A stretch of DNA of 64,000 nucleotides, from assembly GCA_041485465.1 (NCBI GenBank), contig JBGPJO010000003.1, positions 3,705-67,704 on the forward strand. Direction: 5' to 3'. Under the pieces are notes generated by a model. The model saw only the letters and a list, made by a program, of their open reading frames with translations, was not told where the DNA came from and did not search any database. The DNA comes from Minisyncoccia bacterium. GTDB lineage: Bacteria; Patescibacteriota; Minisyncoccia; Phycocordibacterales; JAKFXT01. The position numbers were made by a program, and so were the translations under genes. Shown here in pieces: positions 56,859 through 64,000 of this stretch; the stretch's first letter is position 1; every line of letters begins with the position of its first letter.

Positions 56859-59357
56859 GTGTTTACGTGGCTTAAATCAATAGGAAATACCGGAAAAACC
56901 GCAGTTGCGAACTTACGGCCGAGGGTAGATGAAATCAACGCGCTTGAAAAAGAAATAAGCGCTCTATCTGATGATGATCTCAAAGGGAAAACTCTTAAAT
57001 TTAAAGAGAGGCTCAAGGGGGGAGCAGTACTCGATGATTTGCTTACGGAAGCCTTTGCTGTTGTGCGGGAGGCAGCGAAGAGAAATTTAGGGCAACGCCA
57101 TTTCGACGTCCAACTTATGGGCGGCATGGTGCTTCATGGCACGGGTATCGCCGAGATGAAAACCGGTGAAGGCAAAACCCTGGTTGCAACCCTTCCGACC
57201 TATTTAAACGCTCTTCCAGGCACCGGTGTTCACGTCGTCACCGTAAATGATTATCTTGCCCTGCGCGACGCCGTTTGGATGGGGCAGATCTATTCTGCGC
57301 TCGGGCTTTCCCTTGGCGTGATCACTCACGACGAATCATACCTCTATGATCCGAACCATCGCGATCTTGATAAGACTCGCGATATGGTCGGTGCTTTTAA
57401 GGTTGTCCATGAATTTTTGCGGCCCTGTTCTCGGCGAGATGCCTATCGGGCGGATATTACCTACGGCACTAATAGCGAATTTGGTTTTGATTATCTCCGC
57501 GACAACCTCGAATATGAACAAGAAAGGCTACGTCAGCGCGGGCATGCCTACACGATTATCGACGAGGTCGATTCCATCCTTATAGATGAAGCTCGTACAC
57601 CGCTTATCATTTCCGCCCCCTCTGCCGATTCGGGGGAGCTCTATCATACTTTTGCAAAAATCGCTCGGCAGCTCAAAAAGGAGACTGATTTCACGGTTGA
57701 TGAAAAATTCCGTTCAATCCAAATGACCGATCAAGGCATTACCAGGGCCGAAAAACTTCTTGGTATTGCTGACATCTATACTGAAGGGGGCGTAAAATTC
57801 GTTCATCACTTGGAAACCGCGGTTCGGGCGGAAGCACTTTTTACTAACGATAAGGAGTATGTCGTTAAAGAAGGTGAAGTCGTTATTGTTGATGAGTTTA
57901 CGGGACGGCTTCAGCCGGGGAGGCGCTGGTCCGAGGGACTTCACCAGGCGATTGAGGCAAAAGAAGGAGTTGAAGTTAAAAAAGAATCTCGAACCTACGC
58001 TTCAATTACCTATCAAAACTATTTCAGACTGTATGGAAAACTTGCCGGTATGACCGGCACCGCCCTAACCTCTTCCGAGGAATTTTACAAAGTGTATGGT
58101 CTTGAGGTTGTCGAGATACCGACCAATAAACCAATGATTCGGAAAGACGACAATGATCTTATCTTTCAAACGGAAGTCGGAAAGTTCAAAGCACTCGCTC
58201 GCAAGGTCAAAGAGCTTCATGTCAAAGGGCAGCCGGTTCTTCTCGGCACCGCTTCAATCGAGAAAAACGAGCTTCTCTCAGCATTTTTACGTCAGGAAGG
58301 CATTCCCCACGAGATGTTGAATGCCAAGAATCACGAACGCGAGGGTGAAATCATCGCGGAGGCCGGCAAGCGCGGCAAAGTAACGGTTGCAACCAACATG
58401 GCGGGACGCGGTGTTGATATCAAACTGGGGGGAGCGCTTGCCGCTTTAAACCCCTATGAAGAAATTAAAAGTTTAGGAGGTTTATATGTCGTTGGCACCG
58501 AGCGTCATGAGGCGCGCCGTATCGACAACCAGCTTCGCGGGCGCTCGGGACGTCAGGGAGACCCGGGCGAAACCCAATTTTATGTCTCACTTGAGGATAC
58601 ATTAATGCGGGTTTTTGCCTCTGACACGATAAAGAAAATGATGGGGCGCTTTGGTATTCCGGAGGACGAGCCGATTGAAAATTCGCTTATCACGAGATCA
58701 CTCGAATCGGCGCAGACAAAGATCGAGGGCTTTCATTTTGACGCCAGGAAACATGTTCTTGAGTATGACGACGTAATGAATCATCAGCGAAAAATCATTT
58801 ACGAGCGTCGCCTTAAAATCTTGCTTGGCACTGAAGAAGACATTCAAAATGAAATCGGGCAGATTGCCGCGGGAGATGAAGAGCTTTTAAAACAGCTTGA
58901 AGAGACAAAAAAGCAGATCGGCAGTGAAAAAGAATTTTATGTAGCGGTCAGGCGCCTGCTTCTCCAGACAATAGATATGTTCTGGGTCGACCATCTTGAA
59001 GCGATGGATTACCTAAGGAGTTCGGTCAATTTACGGGCCTATGGTCAGCGAGACCCGCTTGTTGAGTACAAGAAAGACGGCTTGGCACTTTTCAAGCGGA
59101 TGGAAGCTTCAATTGATGATGAGGTTGCAAAACTTCTGCCCCATATAGGTGCGGGGGCGTTTGTCGCTGAAGAGAAGAAACTTAAAGAAGTCCACGAAAA
59201 TGCGACTTTAATTGGTGCTGGTAGCGATTCAAGAACTGTTTTAAATGACGCGAAAATCGGTCGCAATGAATTATGCCCATGCGGAAGCGGTAAGAAATAT
59301 AAAAATTGCGGCCTTAAGAATACGGAAGAGCATAAGCGCTTGATAAATAAAAAATAA
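56859..59357 (+). CDS. secA: preprotein translocase subunit SecA
   Basis: EMKTGEGKT, VTVNDYLA, DEVDSILIDEARTPLIIS, ATNMAGRG, RRIDNQLRGRSGRQGDPG, SEC-C GRNELCPCGSGKKYK. Confidence 0.98.
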   Translation: MFTWLKSIGNTGKTAVANLRPRVDEINALEKEISALSDDDLKGKTLKFKERLKGGAVLDDLLTEAFAVVREAAKRNLGQRHFDVQLMGGMVLHGTGIAEMKTGEGKTLVATLPTYLNALPGTGVHVVTVNDYLALRDAVWMGQIYSALGLSLGVITHDESYLYDPNHRDLDKTRDMVGAFKVVHEFLRPCSRRDAYRADITYGTNSEFGFDYLRDNLEYEQERLRQRGHAYTIIDEVDSILIDEARTPLIISAPSADSGELYHTFAKIARQLKKETDFTVDEKFRSIQMTDQGITRAEKLLGIADIYTEGGVKFVHHLETAVRAEALFTNDKEYVVKEGEVVIVDEFTGRLQPGRRWSEGLHQAIEAKEGVEVKKESRTYASITYQNYFRLYGKLAGMTGTALTSSEEFYKVYGLEVVEIPTNKPMIRKDDNDLIFQTEVGKFKALARKVKELHVKGQPVLLGTASIEKNELLSAFLRQEGIPHEMLNAKNHEREGEIIAEAGKRGKVTVATNMAGRGVDIKLGGALAALNPYEEIKSLGGLYVVGTERHEARRIDNQLRGRSGRQGDPGETQFYVSLEDTLMRVFASDTIKKMMGRFGIPEDEPIENSLITRSLESAQTKIEGFHFDARKHVLEYDDVMNHQRKIIYERRLKILLGTEEDIQNEIGQIAAGDEELLKQLEETKKQIGSEKEFYVAVRRLLLQTIDMFWVDHLEAMDYLRSSVNLRAYGQRDPLVEYKKDGLALFKRMEASIDDEVAKLLPHIGAGAFVAEEKKLKEVHENATLIGAGSDSRTVLNDAKIGRNELCPCGSGKKYKNCGLKNTEEHKRLINKK

Positions 59358-59393
59358 AATTCCTTCGACTGAAGTAAATGATACAATTGAAAT

Positions 59394-59813
59394 ATGAGAA
59401 AAACTCTTAAATTTTTTGACAAGCTGGAAGACTCAATACGCGGCGCTCTTTCGAAATATCCGCTCCTTTATGCTTTTATCGGTGGCGTTGGCATTGTTCT
59501 TTTTTGGCGATCGGTATGGCTTATTGCCGATAGTATTTCTTTTTTCTCTGATCCATATTTTTCTCTTATCGTGAGCGTCCTTATCCTTCTTTCGACGGGA
59601 CTTTTTGTTTCCTTTTTCATCGGTGACTCAATCCTCCTCTCTGGTATAAAAGGCGAAAAGAAGATGATCGAGAAGACGGAAGTAGAGATAAAAAAAGAAG
59701 GATCCGTTTTGAGCGATCTTCAAACAGGGGCAACCAAAGAAGAAGCAGTTCTCTTTGATATTCAAAAAGAACTCAAAGGCATTCGCTCGTTACTTGAAAA
59801 GTTAAACCGCTAA
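59394..59813 (+). CDS. membrane protein (2 TM + coiled coil), hypothetical
   Basis: 139-aa ORF, GIVLFWR, TGLFVSFFIGD; extended -10 just upstream. Confidence 0.75.
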   Translation: MRKTLKFFDKLEDSIRGALSKYPLLYAFIGGVGIVLFWRSVWLIADSISFFSDPYFSLIVSVLILLSTGLFVSFFIGDSILLSGIKGEKKMIEKTEVEIKKEGSVLSDLQTGATKEEAVLFDIQKELKGIRSLLEKLNR

Positions 59814-59818
59814 GCAAT

Positions 59819-60316
59819 ATGGCACAAGAAAATCAATTTCTTCACGAGGTGGCGATTACGGCGATCATTAGGCGTGACGGTAAATATTTGATTACTCGCC
59901 GTGCCCCCACGAAAAAAAGATGGCCGGGCAGGTGGACGGTCCCCGGGGGGAGGCTCGAACCCTCTGATTATACGGATCGCCCAAAAGACACTAAAGATTA
60001 TTGGTACAATGTGCTTGAAAAAACTCTTCGACGTGAAGTAAAAGAGGAAGTCGCCCTTGATATAAGCAATATAGAATATCTGACCTCTCTTGCCTCGATT
60101 CATACGGATGGTACTCCGTCTCTTGTCATCTCTTGCACGGCAGATTATGCGGGCGGTGATATCATTCTTCAGGAAGGAGAGACCGACCAATATGCCTGGG
60201 TGACGCTTCAGGAAGCGAAGAACTATGATTTAATAGACGGTATATACGATGAGCTTGCTATGGCAGAGGCACCAAAGGAAGGAACGAATGCCGAATGGCA
60301 GCGTTTAAACCAATAA
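59819..60316 (+). CDS. NUDIX hydrolase
   Basis: WTVPGGRLE...LRREVKEEV (Nudix box with insertion). Confidence 0.88.
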   Translation: MAQENQFLHEVAITAIIRRDGKYLITRRAPTKKRWPGRWTVPGGRLEPSDYTDRPKDTKDYWYNVLEKTLRREVKEEVALDISNIEYLTSLASIHTDGTPSLVISCTADYAGGDIILQEGETDQYAWVTLQEAKNYDLIDGIYDELAMAEAPKEGTNAEWQRLNQ

Positions 60317-60317
60317 T

Positions 60318-60653
60318 ATGAAACTAATAGTAAAAGTTGTTGTGGTCGCGCTTGCGCTTCTTTTGGCGCAGCAAATCGTGCCTGGTATTTCTGTCTCTGG
60401 CTTTGGAATAGCCCTTATCGTCGCGCTCGTACTCGGACTGATTAATCTCATTATCCGTCCCATTCTTTTATTACTGACTCTTCCGATTACGATTATTACA
60501 TTCGGATTATTCGCGCTTATCTTGAATGCGCTTCTTTTCTGGACCACGTCGGCGCTCGTTCTGGGATTCACCGTCTCCGGATTTGTCCCGGCATTTCTCG
60601 GGTCGCTCATAGTGTCATCGGCGCATTTTATTGTCGATCGAATCCTTCCCTAG
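60318..60653 (+). CDS. phage holin family / YvlD (DUF360) membrane protein
   Basis: LGLINLIIRPILLLLTLPITIITFGLF..ILNA. Confidence 0.9.
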   Translation: MKLIVKVVVVALALLLAQQIVPGISVSGFGIALIVALVLGLINLIIRPILLLLTLPITIITFGLFALILNALLFWTTSALVLGFTVSGFVPAFLGSLIVSSAHFIVDRILP

Positions 60654-60681
60654 TGGAGCTTCACCTGATAAAGTAGCGGAC

Positions 60682-61563
60682 ATGTCGAAACCTCGCGTCA
60701 TAACCCACGGTGGTAATTTTCATGCCGACGATATTTTTGCTGTTGCTGCTCTTTCCCTCATGCTTGGAGACATAGAAATCGTGCGCACCCGCGACAGTAA
60801 GGTTATCGAAACAGGAGATTATGTTGTTGATGTCGGGGGCGAGTATAACCCAGAAAAAAACCGTTTTGACCACCATCAAGTGGGAGGGGCGGGGCTCAGA
60901 CCGGACGGAATCCCGTATTCTTCAATGGGACTTGTTTGGAAAAAGTATGGCGTAAAGATTTCAGGAGACAAAGAGGTGGCCGATCGGATCAATGAGGATA
61001 TCGTAAAAACGCTTGACGCACATGATAATGGAATTGATACATACCTGCCCCGCGAGGGGATCAAGCCATATCTGATTCAGGGCGCTCTATCAATGTTTCG
61101 GCCGACATGGAAAGAGGACCAGCATTCATATGATGATCGTTTTATGATTGTTTTTGAGATTGCGAAAAAAATTTTATCGCGCGAAATTGTTCACACGCGT
61201 GATGATCTTGAGACTGAAAGATCCGTCGAAATTGCATACCGTCAAGCATCTGATAAAAGAATCATCGATATCGATAAGCCGTATCCCGCGGAAAATTTCC
61301 TCTCACGCTATCCTGAGCCCCTCTATGTGGTCAGACCAAGCCCTGTCGATGGAACGTGGAAAGTAGAGGCGATCAGAGTCACCCCTCAAGGTTTTGCCAT
61401 TCGGAAACCATTCCCCTCGTCATGGGCGGGAAAAAGAGACGGGGAATTTGCCGAATTAACGGATGTCCCCGATGCTATTTTTTGTCATAACGGATTATGG
61501 ATGGCGCGGGCACAGTCTCATGAAGGGGCACTTAAACTTGCAAAACTGGCTCTTGAAGCATAA
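60682..61563 (+). CDS. MYG1 family protein (DHH-like hydrolase/exonuclease)
   Basis: THGGNFHADD, RTRD, DVGG, FDHHQ, DAHDNG, FCHN. Confidence 0.92.
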   Translation: MSKPRVITHGGNFHADDIFAVAALSLMLGDIEIVRTRDSKVIETGDYVVDVGGEYNPEKNRFDHHQVGGAGLRPDGIPYSSMGLVWKKYGVKISGDKEVADRINEDIVKTLDAHDNGIDTYLPREGIKPYLIQGALSMFRPTWKEDQHSYDDRFMIVFEIAKKILSREIVHTRDDLETERSVEIAYRQASDKRIIDIDKPYPAENFLSRYPEPLYVVRPSPVDGTWKVEAIRVTPQGFAIRKPFPSSWAGKRDGEFAELTDVPDAIFCHNGLWMARAQSHEGALKLAKLALEA

Positions 61564-61565
61564 AC

Positions 61566-62540
61566 ATGGCTTTTATTGATGAACTGAAAGTGCATATGCG
61601 GGCGGGAAAAGGCGGCGACGGCGTCGTGCGCTGGCTCCATCAAAAGGGCAAGGAATTCGCGGGCCCTTCCGGCGGCAACGGCGGCAACGGCGGGGACATT
61701 TATGCTATTGGGTCTCGCGACCTCAATCTTCTTGCGCGCTACCGGAACACTAAAGAATTTATTTCAGAGAGCGGTGGGGACGGACAAAAGGATAGTATGT
61801 ATGGCAGAAACGGGGATGACCTTTTGATTGCACTTCCCGTTGGTTCCATTATTACTAATCTTGAGACTGGAAGGATGGTTGAACTTGAAAAAGAAAATCA
61901 AAAAACCCTTCTACTGAACGGCGGCCGCGGAGGTCTTGGCAACGAACATTTTAAGGGTTCTCGCAATATTTCTCCTAAGGAAAGCACCACGGGTCTTCTT
62001 GGCGAAGAAGCCGATTTTACGATTGAACTACGGCTTATCGCTGATTTTGGTTTAATAGGTTTTCCGAACGCCGGCAAAAGCTCTCTTTTGAATGCGCTGA
62101 CGAATGCTAAAGCAAAAATCGGCAGTTACGCTTTTACCACGCTCGAACCGAATCTTGGAGAATTTCATGGATATGTCATTGCCGATATTCCCGGGCTTAT
62201 CGAGGGGGCGTCCGAGGGCAAAGGGCTTGGACATAAATTCTTGCGTCATGTCGAAAGGACACGGCTCCTTCTTCATTGTATTTCTCTTGAAAATGAAGAT
62301 ATGGAGGCGGCATACAAGACAGTGCGGAGCGAGCTTCAAAAACATTCGCCTCAGTTGGTGCAAAAAAAAGAAATTATTATTCTCACGAAGGAGGATACCG
62401 TTCAAGGGAAGACGGCTGCAAACAGGCTAAAAGAGATCAAAAGCCTCACGGGAAAAGAGGTTCATACGGTTACTATACTTGATGACCAGTCGATCAAACA
62501 TCTTTCCGAGGTTCTTGTAAAAGAAGTAAGTTCTGTATAA
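61566..62540 (+). CDS. obgE: GTPase ObgE/CgtA
   Basis: Gly-rich Obg domain, GFPNAGKS, YAFTTLEPNLG, DIPGLIEGAS. Confidence 0.96.
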   Translation: MAFIDELKVHMRAGKGGDGVVRWLHQKGKEFAGPSGGNGGNGGDIYAIGSRDLNLLARYRNTKEFISESGGDGQKDSMYGRNGDDLLIALPVGSIITNLETGRMVELEKENQKTLLLNGGRGGLGNEHFKGSRNISPKESTTGLLGEEADFTIELRLIADFGLIGFPNAGKSSLLNALTNAKAKIGSYAFTTLEPNLGEFHGYVIADIPGLIEGASEGKGLGHKFLRHVERTRLLLHCISLENEDMEAAYKTVRSELQKHSPQLVQKKEIIILTKEDTVQGKTAANRLKEIKSLTGKEVHTVTILDDQSIKHLSEVLVKEVSSV

Positions 62541-62566
62541 TAGAGCGGACAGCAGATGCTTTTTGA

Positions 62567-63979
62567 ATGGTAAAAAACGACTACACGCCGACTATCGGCC
62601 TTGAAATACATGCAGAGTTGAAGACCAGAACAAAAATGTTCTGCAACTCGAAGAATGATCCGGACGAAAAGCGCCCGAATGTAAATATATGCCCGATTTG
62701 TATGGCGCATCCCGGGACCCTTCCGGTTATCAATAAAGAAGCAGTGAGGCAGGTTTTGAGGATCGGGGTGGCGGTCAACGGAGAGCTTGCTGACTACACT
62801 GAATTTGACCGCAAGAATTACTTTTATCCTGATATCCCAAAGGGCTATCAAATCAGCCAATACAAGTACCCGCTTGTCTTAGGGGGCTCTATTAATGGTG
62901 TTCAAATCACTCGGGTTCACCTCGAGGAAGATACCGCTCGATCAACCCATATGAGTGATCGGAGTCTGATCGATTTTAACCGAGCCGGGGTGCCTCTTAT
63001 GGAACTGGTGACGGAACCAGTTATTCATTCGGCAGAAGAAGCAGTTGCCTTCGCAAAAGAACTTCAGCTTCTTCTTCGAGCCCTTAGAGCAGGGGAGGCA
63101 AATATGGAAAAAGGGGAGATGCGTGTCGAGGCGAATATATCTGTTGGAAAGGGGAGTGTTCGCGGCACGAAAGTCGAAGTGAAAAATCTTAATTCTTTCC
63201 GCGCGGTAGAGAAAGCAATTCTGTATGAAATAAATCGGCAGATTGAAACTATAGAGAAAGGGGAGAAGGTGATTCAGGAAACTCGTGGATGGAATGAGAG
63301 CAAAGAGACAACATTCTCACAACGTCTCAAAGAAGATTCTCATGACTATCGCTATTTCCCTGATCCCGACCTCCCAAAGCTTGTGCTAAGTGAAATAGCG
63401 GAATTTCAAAAAGACGAACTTCTAAAAACTCTACCGGAGCTTCCTTCAGATAAGCGAGCGCGCTATCTTACCCTCGGTCTTAAAAAAGAAGACGCAGAGA
63501 CGCTTGCGCAGGATGCCGTACTTGCAGATTTTTTTGATGCCGTGATACGGGACAGAAAAAAAGAATTTATTCTTCGTTCGGCAAATTATATTACCTCAGA
63601 TATTATCGGACTCCGAATTGTAAAGAAGATCTCCGGAGTGGGGAATCTGACACCGGACTCGTTCCAAAACCTGATCGAAATGTCTTTTGAGGGAAGTCTT
63701 TCGTCTCGGGGAGTGAAGGACACTCTTGCCTATCTTTTTGAAAAAGGGGGCGATGCAACCCAGGTCGCTCAAGCAAAAGGCCTCATCCAAAAAAGCGATA
63801 AGGGAACTCTAGAGAAAATAGTTACAGAGGTTATTGAGAAAAATCCGAAGGTCTCGCTTGATTACAGGGCGGGGAAGATCTCCTCAATACAGTATCTTGT
63901 GGGGGAAGCAATGAAAGCTACAAAAGGGGCGGGTAACCCAGAGGTTATAAAGTCTCTTTTGGAGGAAAAATTGAAGTAA
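62567..63979 (+). CDS. gatB: Asp-tRNA(Asn)/Glu-tRNA(Gln) amidotransferase subunit B
   Basis: IGLEIH, FDRKNYFYPD, HLEED, DFNRAGVPLMELVTEP, DYRYFPDPDLP. Confidence 0.97.
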   Translation: MVKNDYTPTIGLEIHAELKTRTKMFCNSKNDPDEKRPNVNICPICMAHPGTLPVINKEAVRQVLRIGVAVNGELADYTEFDRKNYFYPDIPKGYQISQYKYPLVLGGSINGVQITRVHLEEDTARSTHMSDRSLIDFNRAGVPLMELVTEPVIHSAEEAVAFAKELQLLLRALRAGEANMEKGEMRVEANISVGKGSVRGTKVEVKNLNSFRAVEKAILYEINRQIETIEKGEKVIQETRGWNESKETTFSQRLKEDSHDYRYFPDPDLPKLVLSEIAEFQKDELLKTLPELPSDKRARYLTLGLKKEDAETLAQDAVLADFFDAVIRDRKKEFILRSANYITSDIIGLRIVKKISGVGNLTPDSFQNLIEMSFEGSLSSRGVKDTLAYLFEKGGDATQVAQAKGLIQKSDKGTLEKIVTEVIEKNPKVSLDYRAGKISSIQYLVGEAMKATKGAGNPEVIKSLLEEKLK

Positions 63980-64000
63980 AAATTTTCGTACCGATTCGAT

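Noticed and set aside
60318-60653. Prophage suggested by a 'phage holin family' gene
   Set aside because: YvlD-type membrane proteins are common chromosomal genes; no phage structural, integrase or lysin genes are adjacent.
61672-61695. GGCGGCAAC tandem repeat in obgE
   Set aside because: Encodes the normal Gly-rich GGNGGNGG of the Obg domain.
1-64000. CRISPR arrays, tRNA/rRNA genes, transposases, integron attC arrays
   Set aside because: No regularly spaced repeats, cloverleaf/rRNA signatures or transposase/integrase motifs were found by eye; intergenic spaces are short.

Overview
Chromosomal window of a small-genome bacterium. Gene content (VirD4/HerA-like ATPase, O-antigen-ligase-TPR fusion, MYG1, short ObgE, mostly SD-less genes) suggests Patescibacteria/CPR (Parcubacteria-like); this is inference only. 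Most of it (~4.5-55.3 kb) is one very large surface-glycan locus. It holds many GT4/GT2/GT-C glycosyltransferases, seven SAM methyltransferases, a pseudaminic-acid-type pathway (pseB, pseC, pseH-like, pseI, pseF, Pse-associated methylase, N-acetyl-sugar amidotransferase), a GDP-heptose pathway (hddA, gmhA, hddC-gmhB fusion), an ABC flippase, GtrA and a ligase/oligosaccharyltransferase. Housekeeping genes flank it (rsmI; murB, secA, obgE, gatB). The most striking non-obvious element is a 275-bp transposase-free cassette (23738-24012) carrying only a GIY-YIG nuclease gene. It has perfect terminal inverted repeats and a duplicated ATGAAT target at the start codon of an amidase gene, and its ends rebuild the stop/start coupling of the operon. 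Also notable: an amidase-signature enzyme in place of the HisH/HisF-like partners of a WbuX/PseA amidotransferase; four self-contained promoter-RBS-gene-terminator units among otherwise leaderless-looking genes; two candidate complementary small RNAs upstream of murB; and an unannotated 22-aa Lys/Arg peptide gene with a switch-like leader upstream of secA.
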